Positions 25,248-33,234 of a DNA stretch of 54,621 nt are shown here, in pieces. The notes under the pieces were generated by a model. That model made no database searches. It had not been told where the DNA came from and worked only from the letters and a program-made list of their open reading frames with translations. The DNA is taken from IMG/VR virus record IMGVR_UViG_3300037455_000816; one strand, 5' to 3'. Position 1 is the stretch's first letter. The number at the start of each line of letters is the position of its first letter. The stretch is from a virus (lineage: Duplodnaviria; Heunggongvirae; Uroviricota; Caudoviricetes). Both the position numbers and the translations under genes were made by a program.

Positions 25248-25354
25248 GCTGTATATCCCGTCCTGACCATAATCTGCTTTGCCAAACGGAAGAAGGCAAG
25301 GGCGGGACTCTGCGAGTGGATTCCCTCTCGCATCAAGGCCGAACAGCCGACCCG
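25248..25354 (-). ncRNA. extended scaffold S6 (107 nt) in the 5' leader of the dCas12f-like gene
   Basis: GGTCG-GCTGTT-CGGCC / TGCGAG..CTCGCA / long TCCCG..CTTGCC..GGCAAAG..CGGGA stem / TATACAGC; ends 48 nt before ATG; preceded by GCGGGAA..TTCCCGC hairpin. Confidence 0.8.
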
Positions 25355-25496
25355 GTTCTGTATGTTGAAATGCTTCATCATAACTTTCGTTGTGCAAGGC
25401 GGGAAGAGCCTCACGGATGTTCCCGCTTGTGTTGTAGTAAACAACTCTTAATTTTTTTATTAATCTAAGTTCTATTTATATGAAAAAGAAAATACT

Positions 25497-26033
25497 TCAA
25501 TCACTTAACTTGCCTGTCAGGGTGTCAAGGTGCTGGCGAATGATGCCGAACCTCTCAACTACCCTACCGGCGGCACGGAAATCTCCGATGCCAGAGACAA
25601 GACCCTCCAACTTCGTGAGGTCTTCCTTGAGGTCTTTGACGCTGCCCCGTGCGCCCTTCAGCTTCTCGTGGTAGAACTGGGCATTGTTCTTATAGGTGTA
25701 CCACTTGGCATACAACTTGACCATCGTGCGGTAGTCCTGGTCATCCAGCTCACCATCGGCGTAGATCTCTTTCAGCTCCTCGGCGAAGGATTCAACAAAA
25801 TTCTTCATCTCATTGTACTCCTCCAGAAGATTCTCGCAATATTTCTTGCGCTCCTCGTCGTACTTCTTGAAGGCTTCTATCGCAGCATTTTTCTGCTCTA
25901 CCACCTTCTGGAGCCGTTTAATCTCCGTATCGCCGACGAAGGGAGGCATCCCCTTATTCAGGACATAGCCCTGCGCAGGTTCCTCCTCTGCCTTCGGCGG
26001 CAACGGTACTTGCGTCTTCTTGTCGTGTGCCAT
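25497..26033 (-). CDS. coiled-coil hypothetical protein
   Basis: 178 aa. Confidence 0.7.
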   Translation of the reverse strand: MAHDKKTQVPLPPKAEEEPAQGYVLNKGMPPFVGDTEIKRLQKVVEQKNAAIEAFKKYDEERKKYCENLLEEYNEMKNFVESFAEELKEIYADGELDDQDYRTMVKLYAKWYTYKNNAQFYHEKLKGARGSVKDLKEDLTKLEGLVSGIGDFRAAGRVVERFGIIRQHLDTLTGKLSD

Positions 26034-26045
26034 ATCAAGTACCGC

Positions 26046-26300
26046 CTATACGTTATCGAGGTCTTCCAACACCTTCACACAATTCTGTACGTCTTCCAGA
26101 CGCTGATACAGCTCGTGGGCGAGGCTGTTCTTGGCGGCCTCCTTGGTAGAGGCAGGATCGCCTACCAGCGTCTTCTTCTCCCCGTTGGGGCGTACAACAG
26201 TCACCTGGGCCTGGAACTTCAAAGGTGTCTCACCATTGTCAGTCCATGATACCGGCTTTACCTCAAAGACCGGCTTTTCAAATACTCCTTGATTCTTCAT
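26046..26300 (-). CDS. hypothetical protein, possible dsRBD-like fold
   Basis: PVFEV...FQAQVTV...LVGDPASTKEAAKNSLAHELYQRL resembles the dsRBM beta-beta-beta-alpha pattern. Confidence 0.55.
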   Translation of the reverse strand: MKNQGVFEKPVFEVKPVSWTDNGETPLKFQAQVTVVRPNGEKKTLVGDPASTKEAAKNSLAHELYQRLEDVQNCVKVLEDLDNV

Positions 26301-26340
26301 AAATGATAAATATTATAAATATTATTTACTTAATAATTAC

Positions 26341-26838
26341 TTAATAACGGAAATCGGTGAAATGCAGAAGCACACCGTGGAAAGCCTTGGCAGTACGCTC
26401 ACGGGAGGCGAACCAATAACGGAAATTGTCAAGACTTAATCCGTCATTTGCGGCCAGCTTATCCATTTCAATCACCTTGTCATGGTAGCGACCTCCCTCT
26501 ACCTCTGCGCAGTATGGCAGGTAAACACCATCCTTGCTATAGCGGCGGTAGCTCAGAGTAGCCCTCTGGGTGCCTAACTTCGTGATGCGGGCAATCTCAA
26601 TCTGATGGCTGCCCTTCTCGTAAGGCTTACCCGACCACTGCCTGATGGAAAGCTCTGCCTCCCCGGCATTGATCTTCCTGGCGCGTTTCTCCCACAGGTC
26701 CGCATTGCCACGGAAGGTGTGGATCTTCTCTTTGAGAAGCTTATCCTTGAAGCCCGTAGGCTTCCCCTCTGAGGGGTGTCCCTTCGGGAACACCGCCGAC
26801 AGCATCAGGAAATAAGTCACCTTCTTCTTCATCGTCAT
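26341..26838 (-). CDS. Bacteroidota phage-type protein, possibly ASCH/PUA-like
   Basis: KIHTFR...LSIRQWSGKPY...LAANDGLSLDNFRYWF...HFTDFRY. Confidence 0.65.
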   Translation of the reverse strand: MTMKKKVTYFLMLSAVFPKGHPSEGKPTGFKDKLLKEKIHTFRGNADLWEKRARKINAGEAELSIRQWSGKPYEKGSHQIEIARITKLGTQRATLSYRRYSKDGVYLPYCAEVEGGRYHDKVIEMDKLAANDGLSLDNFRYWFASRERTAKAFHGVLLHFTDFRY

Positions 26839-27473
26839 GCCTCCTTATCCTGGGTTTCACCTTCTTTCTTCGTCTTGCGGATATAAATCTTATCGCTATT
26901 ATTATAGCCAAAGACACATCTGACGAAGGTGTACTCTGCCTCTCCGCTGGTCATAAATTTCTGACCATCGGCAAGCGTAAGTTCGGCACAGGATTCGTCA
27001 TCAACCTGATACCACTTGATCAACTTAACATCGTCAAACGGGAATGAATGTGCGCCGATATTCACCATACGCTTACGGGTGAAGCTGGCGAACATTTCAA
27101 AAAGGTTCTCGTAAAGATCCTTACGGCTTCTGAGGTAAGTAGGATCATAGTTATGACCACTCAGAATATCGTCCAGATCGACACCGACGGCCTCTGATGC
27201 GGCAGAACACAGCTCGTCGTACTCTTTGAGGACTTCCTTGATCTCCAGCAGCTTTGCACGGAGATAAGCCTGACGCTCCTCCACATAGGTGTGAGCCTCC
27301 TTGTCGGTCTCGAAGAAATGCTCGTTTTCATCAACACGACACCAATCATTAATGTCTTCGGAATAGTAAGCGACGGGACGCGGCTTGTTGTCCTCGAAAA
27401 GGACATCAACCGGCTCAATGTAATGGCTCGAATGAACCATGAAAAGCTTTCTTTTCTCCATATCGGTATTCAC
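26835..27473 (-). CDS. hypothetical protein
   Basis: 212 aa, ATGA overlap. Confidence 0.7.
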   Translation of the reverse strand: MNTDMEKRKLFMVHSSHYIEPVDVLFEDNKPRPVAYYSEDINDWCRVDENEHFFETDKEAHTYVEERQAYLRAKLLEIKEVLKEYDELCSAASEAVGVDLDDILSGHNYDPTYLRSRKDLYENLFEMFASFTRKRMVNIGAHSFPFDDVKLIKWYQVDDESCAELTLADGQKFMTSGEAEYTFVRCVFGYNNSDKIYIRKTKKEGETQDKEA

Positions 27474-27480
27474 TTATAAG

Positions 27481-28059
27481 TTAATATCTCTGTGAGGCAC
27501 AGACCTTCTTCGAGTGCATAAGCGCCAAGGTCATGTACTGATGCAGGGCCTTGCGGTACTTGGAGTGCGCAACTGTGTCAAGACACATTTCCGCAATGTC
27601 GGGAATCTCGCGTGAGAGCTGGGTCATATAATGAACCACCCACACGTCGGAAAGCAGCTGCATGGGAATGTCCAGCACACGCAGAATCAGAACAGAGAGG
27701 CTGATCTGCTTCGACTTATAGAGGTGGTAAGCCTTCACGTTGTTACGGTCATACCAGTCGAAGAGCATGTGACATTCATTCTTCTCGCGGTCGATGGCAA
27801 TCTGGAAGCAGTCAATCACACAGCTTTCCTTGATGCGGGCTGCAAGTTCACGCAGCTCTTCCATCGTCGTATCAGGCTTGATGCCGAACACACCCTCACG
27901 GATATACTTCATATTGGGCGACGGCGGGAAGCCTGTCAGGTCAACAATCGTACTGACGATGGCCTCAGAACGCTCCTGGTAGCTTTCCTGCTGCCAGTAC
28001 TCAGGTGTCTGCTGGAGATCACCTGCGGGTTCGGTAAATCTGATAACATCCTCTATCAT
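27481..28059 (-). CDS. degenerate Bacteroides Mob/relaxase-like domain protein
   Basis: IREGVFGIKPDTTMEELRELA...CFQIAIDREKNECHMLFDW; recalled family consensus is IREGVIVIKEDTTME...FQIHIHKDEGH...HAHVVFDW. Confidence 0.6.
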   Translation of the reverse strand: MIEDVIRFTEPAGDLQQTPEYWQQESYQERSEAIVSTIVDLTGFPPSPNMKYIREGVFGIKPDTTMEELRELAARIKESCVIDCFQIAIDREKNECHMLFDWYDRNNVKAYHLYKSKQISLSVLILRVLDIPMQLLSDVWVVHYMTQLSREIPDIAEMCLDTVAHSKYRKALHQYMTLALMHSKKVCASQRY

Positions 28060-28187
28060 TGCTGTACCTCCTTCTGTTTAGGGTTTGTGAAGACAATCAT
28101 GCCTACGGCGATGACTGCTACGGTGAGCAGAATGGCCACGTCCACGGCGATAACTGCCTTGCTGATGTCGATAATTGTCTGAATCAT
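28056..28187 (-). CDS. small single-TM peptide (43 aa; not in ORF track)
   Basis: MIQTIIDISKAVIAVDVAILLTVAVIAVGMIVF...; ATGA overlap. Confidence 0.55.
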   Translation of the reverse strand: MIQTIIDISKAVIAVDVAILLTVAVIAVGMIVFTNPKQKEVQQ

Positions 28188-28206
28188 ATACTACTGGTTT
28201 TAAGTG

Positions 28207-28317
28207 TTATAAATGCTGTACGTGATCATCACTGGGTGAATTTCTCACTTCATACACGATGGCTGCCACGACCGCCAGCACAACGGCAATGCCGATAACT
28301 ATGGCTGTAGTACTCAT
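28207..28317 (-). CDS. small single-TM peptide (36 aa; not in ORF track)
   Basis: MSTTAIVIGIAVVLAVVAAIVYEV...; overlaps upstream stop. Confidence 0.5.
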   Translation of the reverse strand: MSTTAIVIGIAVVLAVVAAIVYEVRNSPSDDHVQHL

Positions 28318-28796
28318 AGGCGGTCGAGCTGTTTGTTCATCTCACGGCAGACGGCACAGGCTGAGAACTCATCCAAATACACGTTCTGATGCACAAGACG
28401 GCAGCGGTCAAAGAAACTGTTCGTCCACGAATCCTGAAGTACATCGAAACGCTCCGGACCGAAGCAGGAACGGATATACCAATACGGAGTACCCTTCTTA
28501 GGTTTCTCGATAGTCTCAGGGAGTGCCAGAGTTGCCTTAGCATCCTTCAGTTCGTCTTTCAGATCCTCCATATTCTTGGAGGAATCCTGAAGCTGGCGTT
28601 TAAGGGACTTAACCTCCTCCGTCAGCTTTTCTGTGCGAAGCTTCTCGGCGGTCAGCTGGTCGAGAGCCTTTTCAAGGGTCATCTCATGACGTGTGCGGCG
28701 ACCGTCGGCAATAGTGGTGACGGGGCGTTCCTCCGTCTTCTTGGCCTTCTTTGCTTTCTCTGCCTTGGGGGCAGCATTTTCTTTCTTCTTTACCAT
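28314..28796 (-). CDS. hypothetical protein with coiled coil (start revised to MVKKK)
   Basis: Lys-rich N-terminus, coiled coil, C-terminal KKGTPYWYI domain. Confidence 0.7.
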   Translation of the reverse strand: MVKKKENAAPKAEKAKKAKKTEERPVTTIADGRRTRHEMTLEKALDQLTAEKLRTEKLTEEVKSLKRQLQDSSKNMEDLKDELKDAKATLALPETIEKPKKGTPYWYIRSCFGPERFDVLQDSWTNSFFDRCRLVHQNVYLDEFSACAVCREMNKQLDRL

Positions 28797-28798
28797 AA

Positions 28799-29842
28799 CT
28801 ATGCTGTTGTATTTTCGTCGTAGATCCATAATCCTGCCTCTGCGAAAGAAGAGACAAATGCGTAAAGGGTCACATCATCCTCGTAGAACTCGTAGTGATC
28901 GACGGCATGGGGATTGCACGACTTCATGGTCTCGCACATCACACGCCCGGCAACGGTCGATGGGAACATACAGTGAACCTTATCGTAGGGTGCGGCCTCC
29001 AACAGCAGCTCAATGAAATTGCTGGGGTTGTTCAGCACGATGCAGTCACACATGATGTGTTCCTCACCCATGAGAGAGATATCCTCGCGGCAGATGGTCT
29101 TGTAGGCCATATAGTCGAGGAAGGATGTAAAAAGGCAGCACTCCAAGGTCGGAATCTCCTTGAACTTCGGGAAAAGGGAGATACCCATCTGGTCGATGGT
29201 GATGGTACGCTCGGCCTTCATAGACACCTCACGCTCCTGGATCTTCGCCTCCAGCTCTTCGAGAACCAAGCGCTCATAAGGGAGCTGCTTCTTCTTGTTG
29301 ATGGTCACGTCGATGTCACTCTCCAGAGCCGTAATGTCATTCTCCAGCCTGCGGCTCTCGGCAATGAGGCGGTTACGGCGCAGAATGGCATCCTTGGAAC
29401 AGACCTCTCCCTGACGGTGGCGGGCTTTCAGCGCTTCCAGCTCGTCAAGGGTGCTTTCCAGCTGCCCTTCGAGCGTCTGGAAACGGAGGTTCTGATTCTC
29501 CAAAATAACGTTACCCTCGGCAATCTCCTGTTCCTGGGCCTCAATGTCGGCCCTCATGCCGGCCTCACGCTCACGGTAGGCTTCCAGATCAAGGGAAGAC
29601 TGCTCGGAGAGCTGCTTGCGGTAGTCCTCGTTGAAGAACTCCAGACCACCGAACTTGTTGCGGAAGCCAAGGCCCTTATATACCTTATTCAGGCAAAGAA
29701 CCTCTACGAGCCGTGCGCTTGACGGCAGAAAAAGCGAGGAGAAGCCGTTGTTGCGCAGGAACTTACGTCCTGTGCTGTCTATACTGCGTTCATGCTTGAT
29801 ATTGGAGGCAGTAATCCTCTTTGAAGGAGCTAACTGTAACAT
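28799..29842 (-). CDS. degenerate Toprim primase-like protein with coiled-coil insertion
   Basis: LGFRNKFGGLEF, CCLFTSFLDYMAY (cf. FEGFMDYLS), CIVLNNPSN, CMFPSTVAGR (cf. LDNDxAG); acidic catalytic residues missing. Confidence 0.6.
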   Translation of the reverse strand: MLQLAPSKRITASNIKHERSIDSTGRKFLRNNGFSSLFLPSSARLVEVLCLNKVYKGLGFRNKFGGLEFFNEDYRKQLSEQSSLDLEAYREREAGMRADIEAQEQEIAEGNVILENQNLRFQTLEGQLESTLDELEALKARHRQGEVCSKDAILRRNRLIAESRRLENDITALESDIDVTINKKKQLPYERLVLEELEAKIQEREVSMKAERTITIDQMGISLFPKFKEIPTLECCLFTSFLDYMAYKTICREDISLMGEEHIMCDCIVLNNPSNFIELLLEAAPYDKVHCMFPSTVAGRVMCETMKSCNPHAVDHYEFYEDDVTLYAFVSSFAEAGLWIYDENTTA

Positions 29843-29855
29843 AGGCCGATAAGGA

Positions 29856-30626
29856 TTAAAGCGTTACACGTACCACCTTTTCGATGTCACCATGCCAGCC
29901 GCGAGCCTTCAGCTCGTCATACAGCTGCTGATCGGTGAAATCGTCCAGAGTGACTTTCCTTGCTACAGAGGCTGTCCGATGCACGGCAGGCGCAGGATCG
30001 GCAGCATCCTCGCCCTTCTCCTTGGAAGAGGTGCGGGATGCCTTGGGAGCCTTCTTCTTTGGGGTGTCCTTCTTGACGGAAGGCCGTCCTGTCTGCTTGC
30101 GCACGGCAGGTTTAAAGTCCTTCTCGTCGCCGGGGTAGCACCAGTAGAAGCCGCCACAGATACTGCGGTTCTGGATGCCGCGCTGCACATTAGAGATGCC
30201 AAGCTCGGTCTTCACACTGTTGGCACTGGGCCACTGCTTCACTACTTTGAGTGTGTCAGCGTCGAGCTGGATAACAGGCTTCGCCTCGGGCGTAACCTTC
30301 TTGGCAGCAGCCTGGGAGGTTTCTGACTTTCCTTCTGTAACATCGGTCACGATGCTGTAGGTATAGGCAGGCTTCTTGCACTCGCCCTTCTCGGCACAAA
30401 ACTCCAGCGTATGTACGAGGGCGGCAGTCGCCTTGATCTTTACGTCTTTTCCTTCTTTACTCTCAGAAAGAATCTTCTTGACTAAGGTAGCATCGAACTC
30501 ATTGATATCACGGCTTCCATACTTCTTCAGGAAGATACGCTCCGTGATGGTGCGGCTCTTGGCAGCCAGTACCTGGAACTGCGCATCATTAGCCCATTCT
30601 TCAAATGCCTTCTTCAATGTCTTCAT
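29856..30626 (-). CDS. protein with integrase core-binding-like N-domain and NUMOD1-like DNA-binding motif
   Basis: AFEEWA...FLKKYGSRDINEF...ALVHTLEFCAEKGEC; PVIQLDA..VVKQWPSA...CGGFYWCY. Confidence 0.55.
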   Translation of the reverse strand: MKTLKKAFEEWANDAQFQVLAAKSRTITERIFLKKYGSRDINEFDATLVKKILSESKEGKDVKIKATAALVHTLEFCAEKGECKKPAYTYSIVTDVTEGKSETSQAAAKKVTPEAKPVIQLDADTLKVVKQWPSANSVKTELGISNVQRGIQNRSICGGFYWCYPGDEKDFKPAVRKQTGRPSVKKDTPKKKAPKASRTSSKEKGEDAADPAPAVHRTASVARKVTLDDFTDQQLYDELKARGWHGDIEKVVRVTL

Positions 30627-30645
30627 AAATCGTATCTTTGTATCT

Positions 30646-31674
30646 TTAAATGTTAATAGCCTCTGCGGTTAGTGCGGACAACTCAGCGGCAGTATGTCCC
30701 ATACTGAAGAAATCGCTGATATCCTTCTCCTGCTTCGTGCCTGCCAAAGGCAAGGTCACGCTGTGAACGGAGTATCTATCTCGTAGTTCCTCGACGCGAA
30801 GGGCAGACTCACGCTTGCCCGTCTCATCACTGTCATATAGGAAAACAATATTCTTGAAACGCTGTGATAAAGGAGTGAGGACGGTCTCTGAGAGCCGGGC
30901 CGTCTCACTGTTGAGTGAAATGGCATTGAAGCCACGCGCTGCCAATGACATGACATCCTTCTCGCCGCCGGTGATGTAAAGCACATCGCCGTTAGCTGGC
31001 AGCTGCTCCAATCCAAAGATGTAGGGTCTTGGGAGGCTTCCCGAATACAGGAAACGCACCTGTGCGCCCGGACGGTAGAACTTCTGACCCCGGCCATCAT
31101 TGAAAAGATAGGCAAACATCGGCAGATAGTTCGTGCTTCTGATGGAGAAGGTCGTGCCGTCCTCACGGCTGAACTTACAGGAAAGAACGCTCTTTACGTG
31201 ATACTTGGTAAGTAGTTCCTGGTGGATGCCGTAGCGGTGCCAATAGGTCAGATCCGCTCTGGTCATCATCTGGTACACGGGCTTCGCCGTTATCTGACCG
31301 CTCTTCTTCGGTTCATCGGGTGTCTGAACGTGCTGCATCATCTGATGGCTCCCATCAAGCTTGTCATCAAGGATGAAGAGATTCAGATCCTTGTCGATGA
31401 TACGCAGCACTTCCATGAAATCGCTGGTGAGATCCAGACTCGACAACTTTGCAACCAGCCAGAAACAGTCACCATACCACTGGCTGTCACCATAATCCTT
31501 CATGACATACTTCTCACCGTCGGCAGTCTCTTTCTTGTAGAGCTTGCATGACGGGGAGCCGTCCTGGCGGTACGGATTGCGGAACAGGCCGTTCTTGCAG
31601 CCTTCGCCCAAATAATGGGTGAAGACATCAAGGCCGCCTGCGGTACGCTGTAATATCCTGTTCCGATCTGTCAT
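30646..31674 (-). CDS. Toprim-domain DNA primase
   Basis: FRNPYRQDGSPSC, KDYG..GDCF, ITGGEKDVMSL (catalytic E), FLYDSDETG (DxD), KDISDFF. Confidence 0.85.
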   Translation of the reverse strand: MTDRNRILQRTAGGLDVFTHYLGEGCKNGLFRNPYRQDGSPSCKLYKKETADGEKYVMKDYGDSQWYGDCFWLVAKLSSLDLTSDFMEVLRIIDKDLNLFILDDKLDGSHQMMQHVQTPDEPKKSGQITAKPVYQMMTRADLTYWHRYGIHQELLTKYHVKSVLSCKFSREDGTTFSIRSTNYLPMFAYLFNDGRGQKFYRPGAQVRFLYSGSLPRPYIFGLEQLPANGDVLYITGGEKDVMSLAARGFNAISLNSETARLSETVLTPLSQRFKNIVFLYDSDETGKRESALRVEELRDRYSVHSVTLPLAGTKQEKDISDFFSMGHTAAELSALTAEAINI

Positions 31675-31706
31675 ATCAGATTGTTGCTTATATTGTAAAT
31701 ACTATG

Positions 31707-31982
31707 TTATTTCCTTTCAACCCTGAAGCGGAGAAGTTTCTTTCCGCTCATATTGGCTATGATGACGGCGTTCTGCGTCTCTAAGACCTGCAAACGCCCC
31801 TTGTAGCCGTCAAGTCCGAAATCCCTGATCTTCTGCTTGACCTCCTCCAACACCTTGAAGGCTTCGTCCTTCTTGCGGTGTCCCTCGTAGATAACGGGGC
31901 TGAGAGTCAGCTGGAAGCGTGTCATCCACTCAGGACGTTTCTTGACATATTCCTTACGCCACACCCTATACTCCATCGCCAC
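31707..31982 (-). CDS. hypothetical protein
   Basis: 91 aa. Confidence 0.65.
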   Translation of the reverse strand: MAMEYRVWRKEYVKKRPEWMTRFQLTLSPVIYEGHRKKDEAFKVLEEVKQKIRDFGLDGYKGRLQVLETQNAVIIANMSGKKLLRFRVERK

Positions 31983-32319
31983 CTCCTTCCTTGAGGAAAT
32001 CCTGCGGGAAAAGGCTCGTGCCGTCCCGTGAGACGTGGACGTGTCCCTTGATGCGTATCAGGGTCATCGTAATGAGCGGCGTAAGACTGCCAATAGTAAT
32101 CTCAATGGATGTGCCTTTATCGTCCATCGTCAGAACGACCTTGGAGGACTTGCGGCGTGAGAGCATCTTCAGACGCTCAGAGGTTCCATCAACGAAGCGG
32201 TTGAGGACGGATTCATCCTCAAAGGCATAGCAGAGCGCCTTCTTCACCTCCTCGCCTATCGGCGAGAGGTAACCCGGAAGACGCGGGCTGACGAATATGT
32301 TGGAAACTACGCTTGTCAT
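31966..32319 (-). CDS. hypothetical protein
   Basis: 117 aa. Confidence 0.65.
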   Translation of the reverse strand: MTSVVSNIFVSPRLPGYLSPIGEEVKKALCYAFEDESVLNRFVDGTSERLKMLSRRKSSKVVLTMDDKGTSIEITIGSLTPLITMTLIRIKGHVHVSRDGTSLFPQDFLKEGGGDGV

Positions 32320-32342
32320 CGTTAATGGGTTATGTGGGGTTA

Positions 32343-32543
32343 TTATATTCTGCTGTTCCAGAATCGTGTCAGCTCAGCGGCCTCGAATACCTTACGGCCT
32401 GTGACCTTATCCAGTCTCGGATGGATCTTGCCGGTCTTCACATATCTGAGAAGATGGTTGCGGTGAACACCCAAGAGGCCAGCGGCCTGTGTGGAGTTGT
32501 AGAGCGCACCTTGCTCAACCTGCGGTGGAGTAGATCTAATCAT
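32343..32543 (-). CDS. MerR-like HTH (excisionase-type) DNA-binding protein
   Basis: YNSTQAAGLLGVHRNHLLRYVKTGKIHP...RKVFEAAEL. Confidence 0.75.
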   Translation of the reverse strand: MIRSTPPQVEQGALYNSTQAAGLLGVHRNHLLRYVKTGKIHPRLDKVTGRKVFEAAELTRFWNSRI

Positions 32544-32554
32544 AGCCGTAACAG

Positions 32555-32776
32555 TTAAAGGTTACTCGTATAGACAATCGGGTCAATACACTGCTGGAAG
32601 GAATCGCTCTTCCACTGTGACTGCACGATCGCCCTATGAAAGTTACCGCATCCCAAGGAGAGCAACACCTTGGCATAGTCGCGGGCGGCATCGGCATCGC
32701 GGCAGGTATGAATGAAGCTGCGCTGCTTGCACTCGCTGTTCTCAGACGGCTCTAAGCTGATGATGAATTTTTCCAT
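32555..32776 (-). CDS. hypothetical protein
   Basis: 73 aa. Confidence 0.6.
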   Translation of the reverse strand: MEKFIISLEPSENSECKQRSFIHTCRDADAARDYAKVLLSLGCGNFHRAIVQSQWKSDSFQQCIDPIVYTSNL

Positions 32777-32835
32777 AAATTTATGTTGTTAATGAGTTTA
32801 ATCAGATTGAATCTACGGTGGTAGTAGCTGGCAGC

Positions 32836-33105
32836 TCAGAACCCTATTGTCATCTGCGTCGGCTGAGTATTAGTCAACACAACGGGATCCTTCGCACTTT
32901 TGTAGATGCCAGCCTGCTTGAGAATACCCTTCACGCCCATCACGGAACGTCCGTACTTGTTCGCAAGGTAGGAAATAACACGGTGCGGAGCCACTTCACC
33001 AGACAAAATCACACTGGACCGATCCAGATACTCACGACGGATATTGCTGTGCAATTCCCGACGCTCGCGCTCCGCTTCTGTTTCGTAGATGTTAATTTTT
33101 GCCAT
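32836..33105 (-). CDS. putative Cro-like HTH protein
   Basis: First gene of the leftward operon, divergent from the XRE repressor; ISYLANKYGRSVMGVKGIL HTH-like. Confidence 0.55.
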   Translation of the reverse strand: MAKINIYETEAERERRELHSNIRREYLDRSSVILSGEVAPHRVISYLANKYGRSVMGVKGILKQAGIYKSAKDPVVLTNTQPTQMTIGF

Positions 33106-33110
33106 TTTAT

Positions 33111-33141
33111 TTTGTCGTTAGAGAAATAATTAGTAATTTTG
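33111..33141 (+). promoter_or_regulatory. rightward Bacteroidota promoter (repressor/PRTase operon)
   Basis: TTTG 33111-33114, 19 nt, TAATTTTG 33134-33141. Confidence 0.65.
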
Positions 33142-33202
33142 CACCCAGATTTTGCAAGTTATTTTGCATTAGGTTTTGCATCCGAGTTGCATAAAATCTG
33201 TG

Positions 33203-33234
33203 CAAAGATAAGGCTTAATTTTGATAAAAACAAA
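33203..33234 (-). promoter_or_regulatory. leftward Bacteroidota promoter (Cro-like operon)
   Basis: Minus strand TTTG (33231-33234), 20 nt, TATCTTTG (33203-33210). Confidence 0.65.

Noticed and set aside
25196-25468. Short ORFs (82, 88 and 61 aa) upstream of the effector
   Set aside because: Coincide with structured scaffold S6 and its hairpin; no coding signature
28483-28491. Self-targeting match of the S3 spacer (TACGGAGTA), plus similar 9-nt hits for other spacers and the ATACGA start of the S1 spacer versus the TACGATAAT motif
   Set aside because: Matches of 9 nt or less are expected by chance in ~109 kb of two-strand sequence
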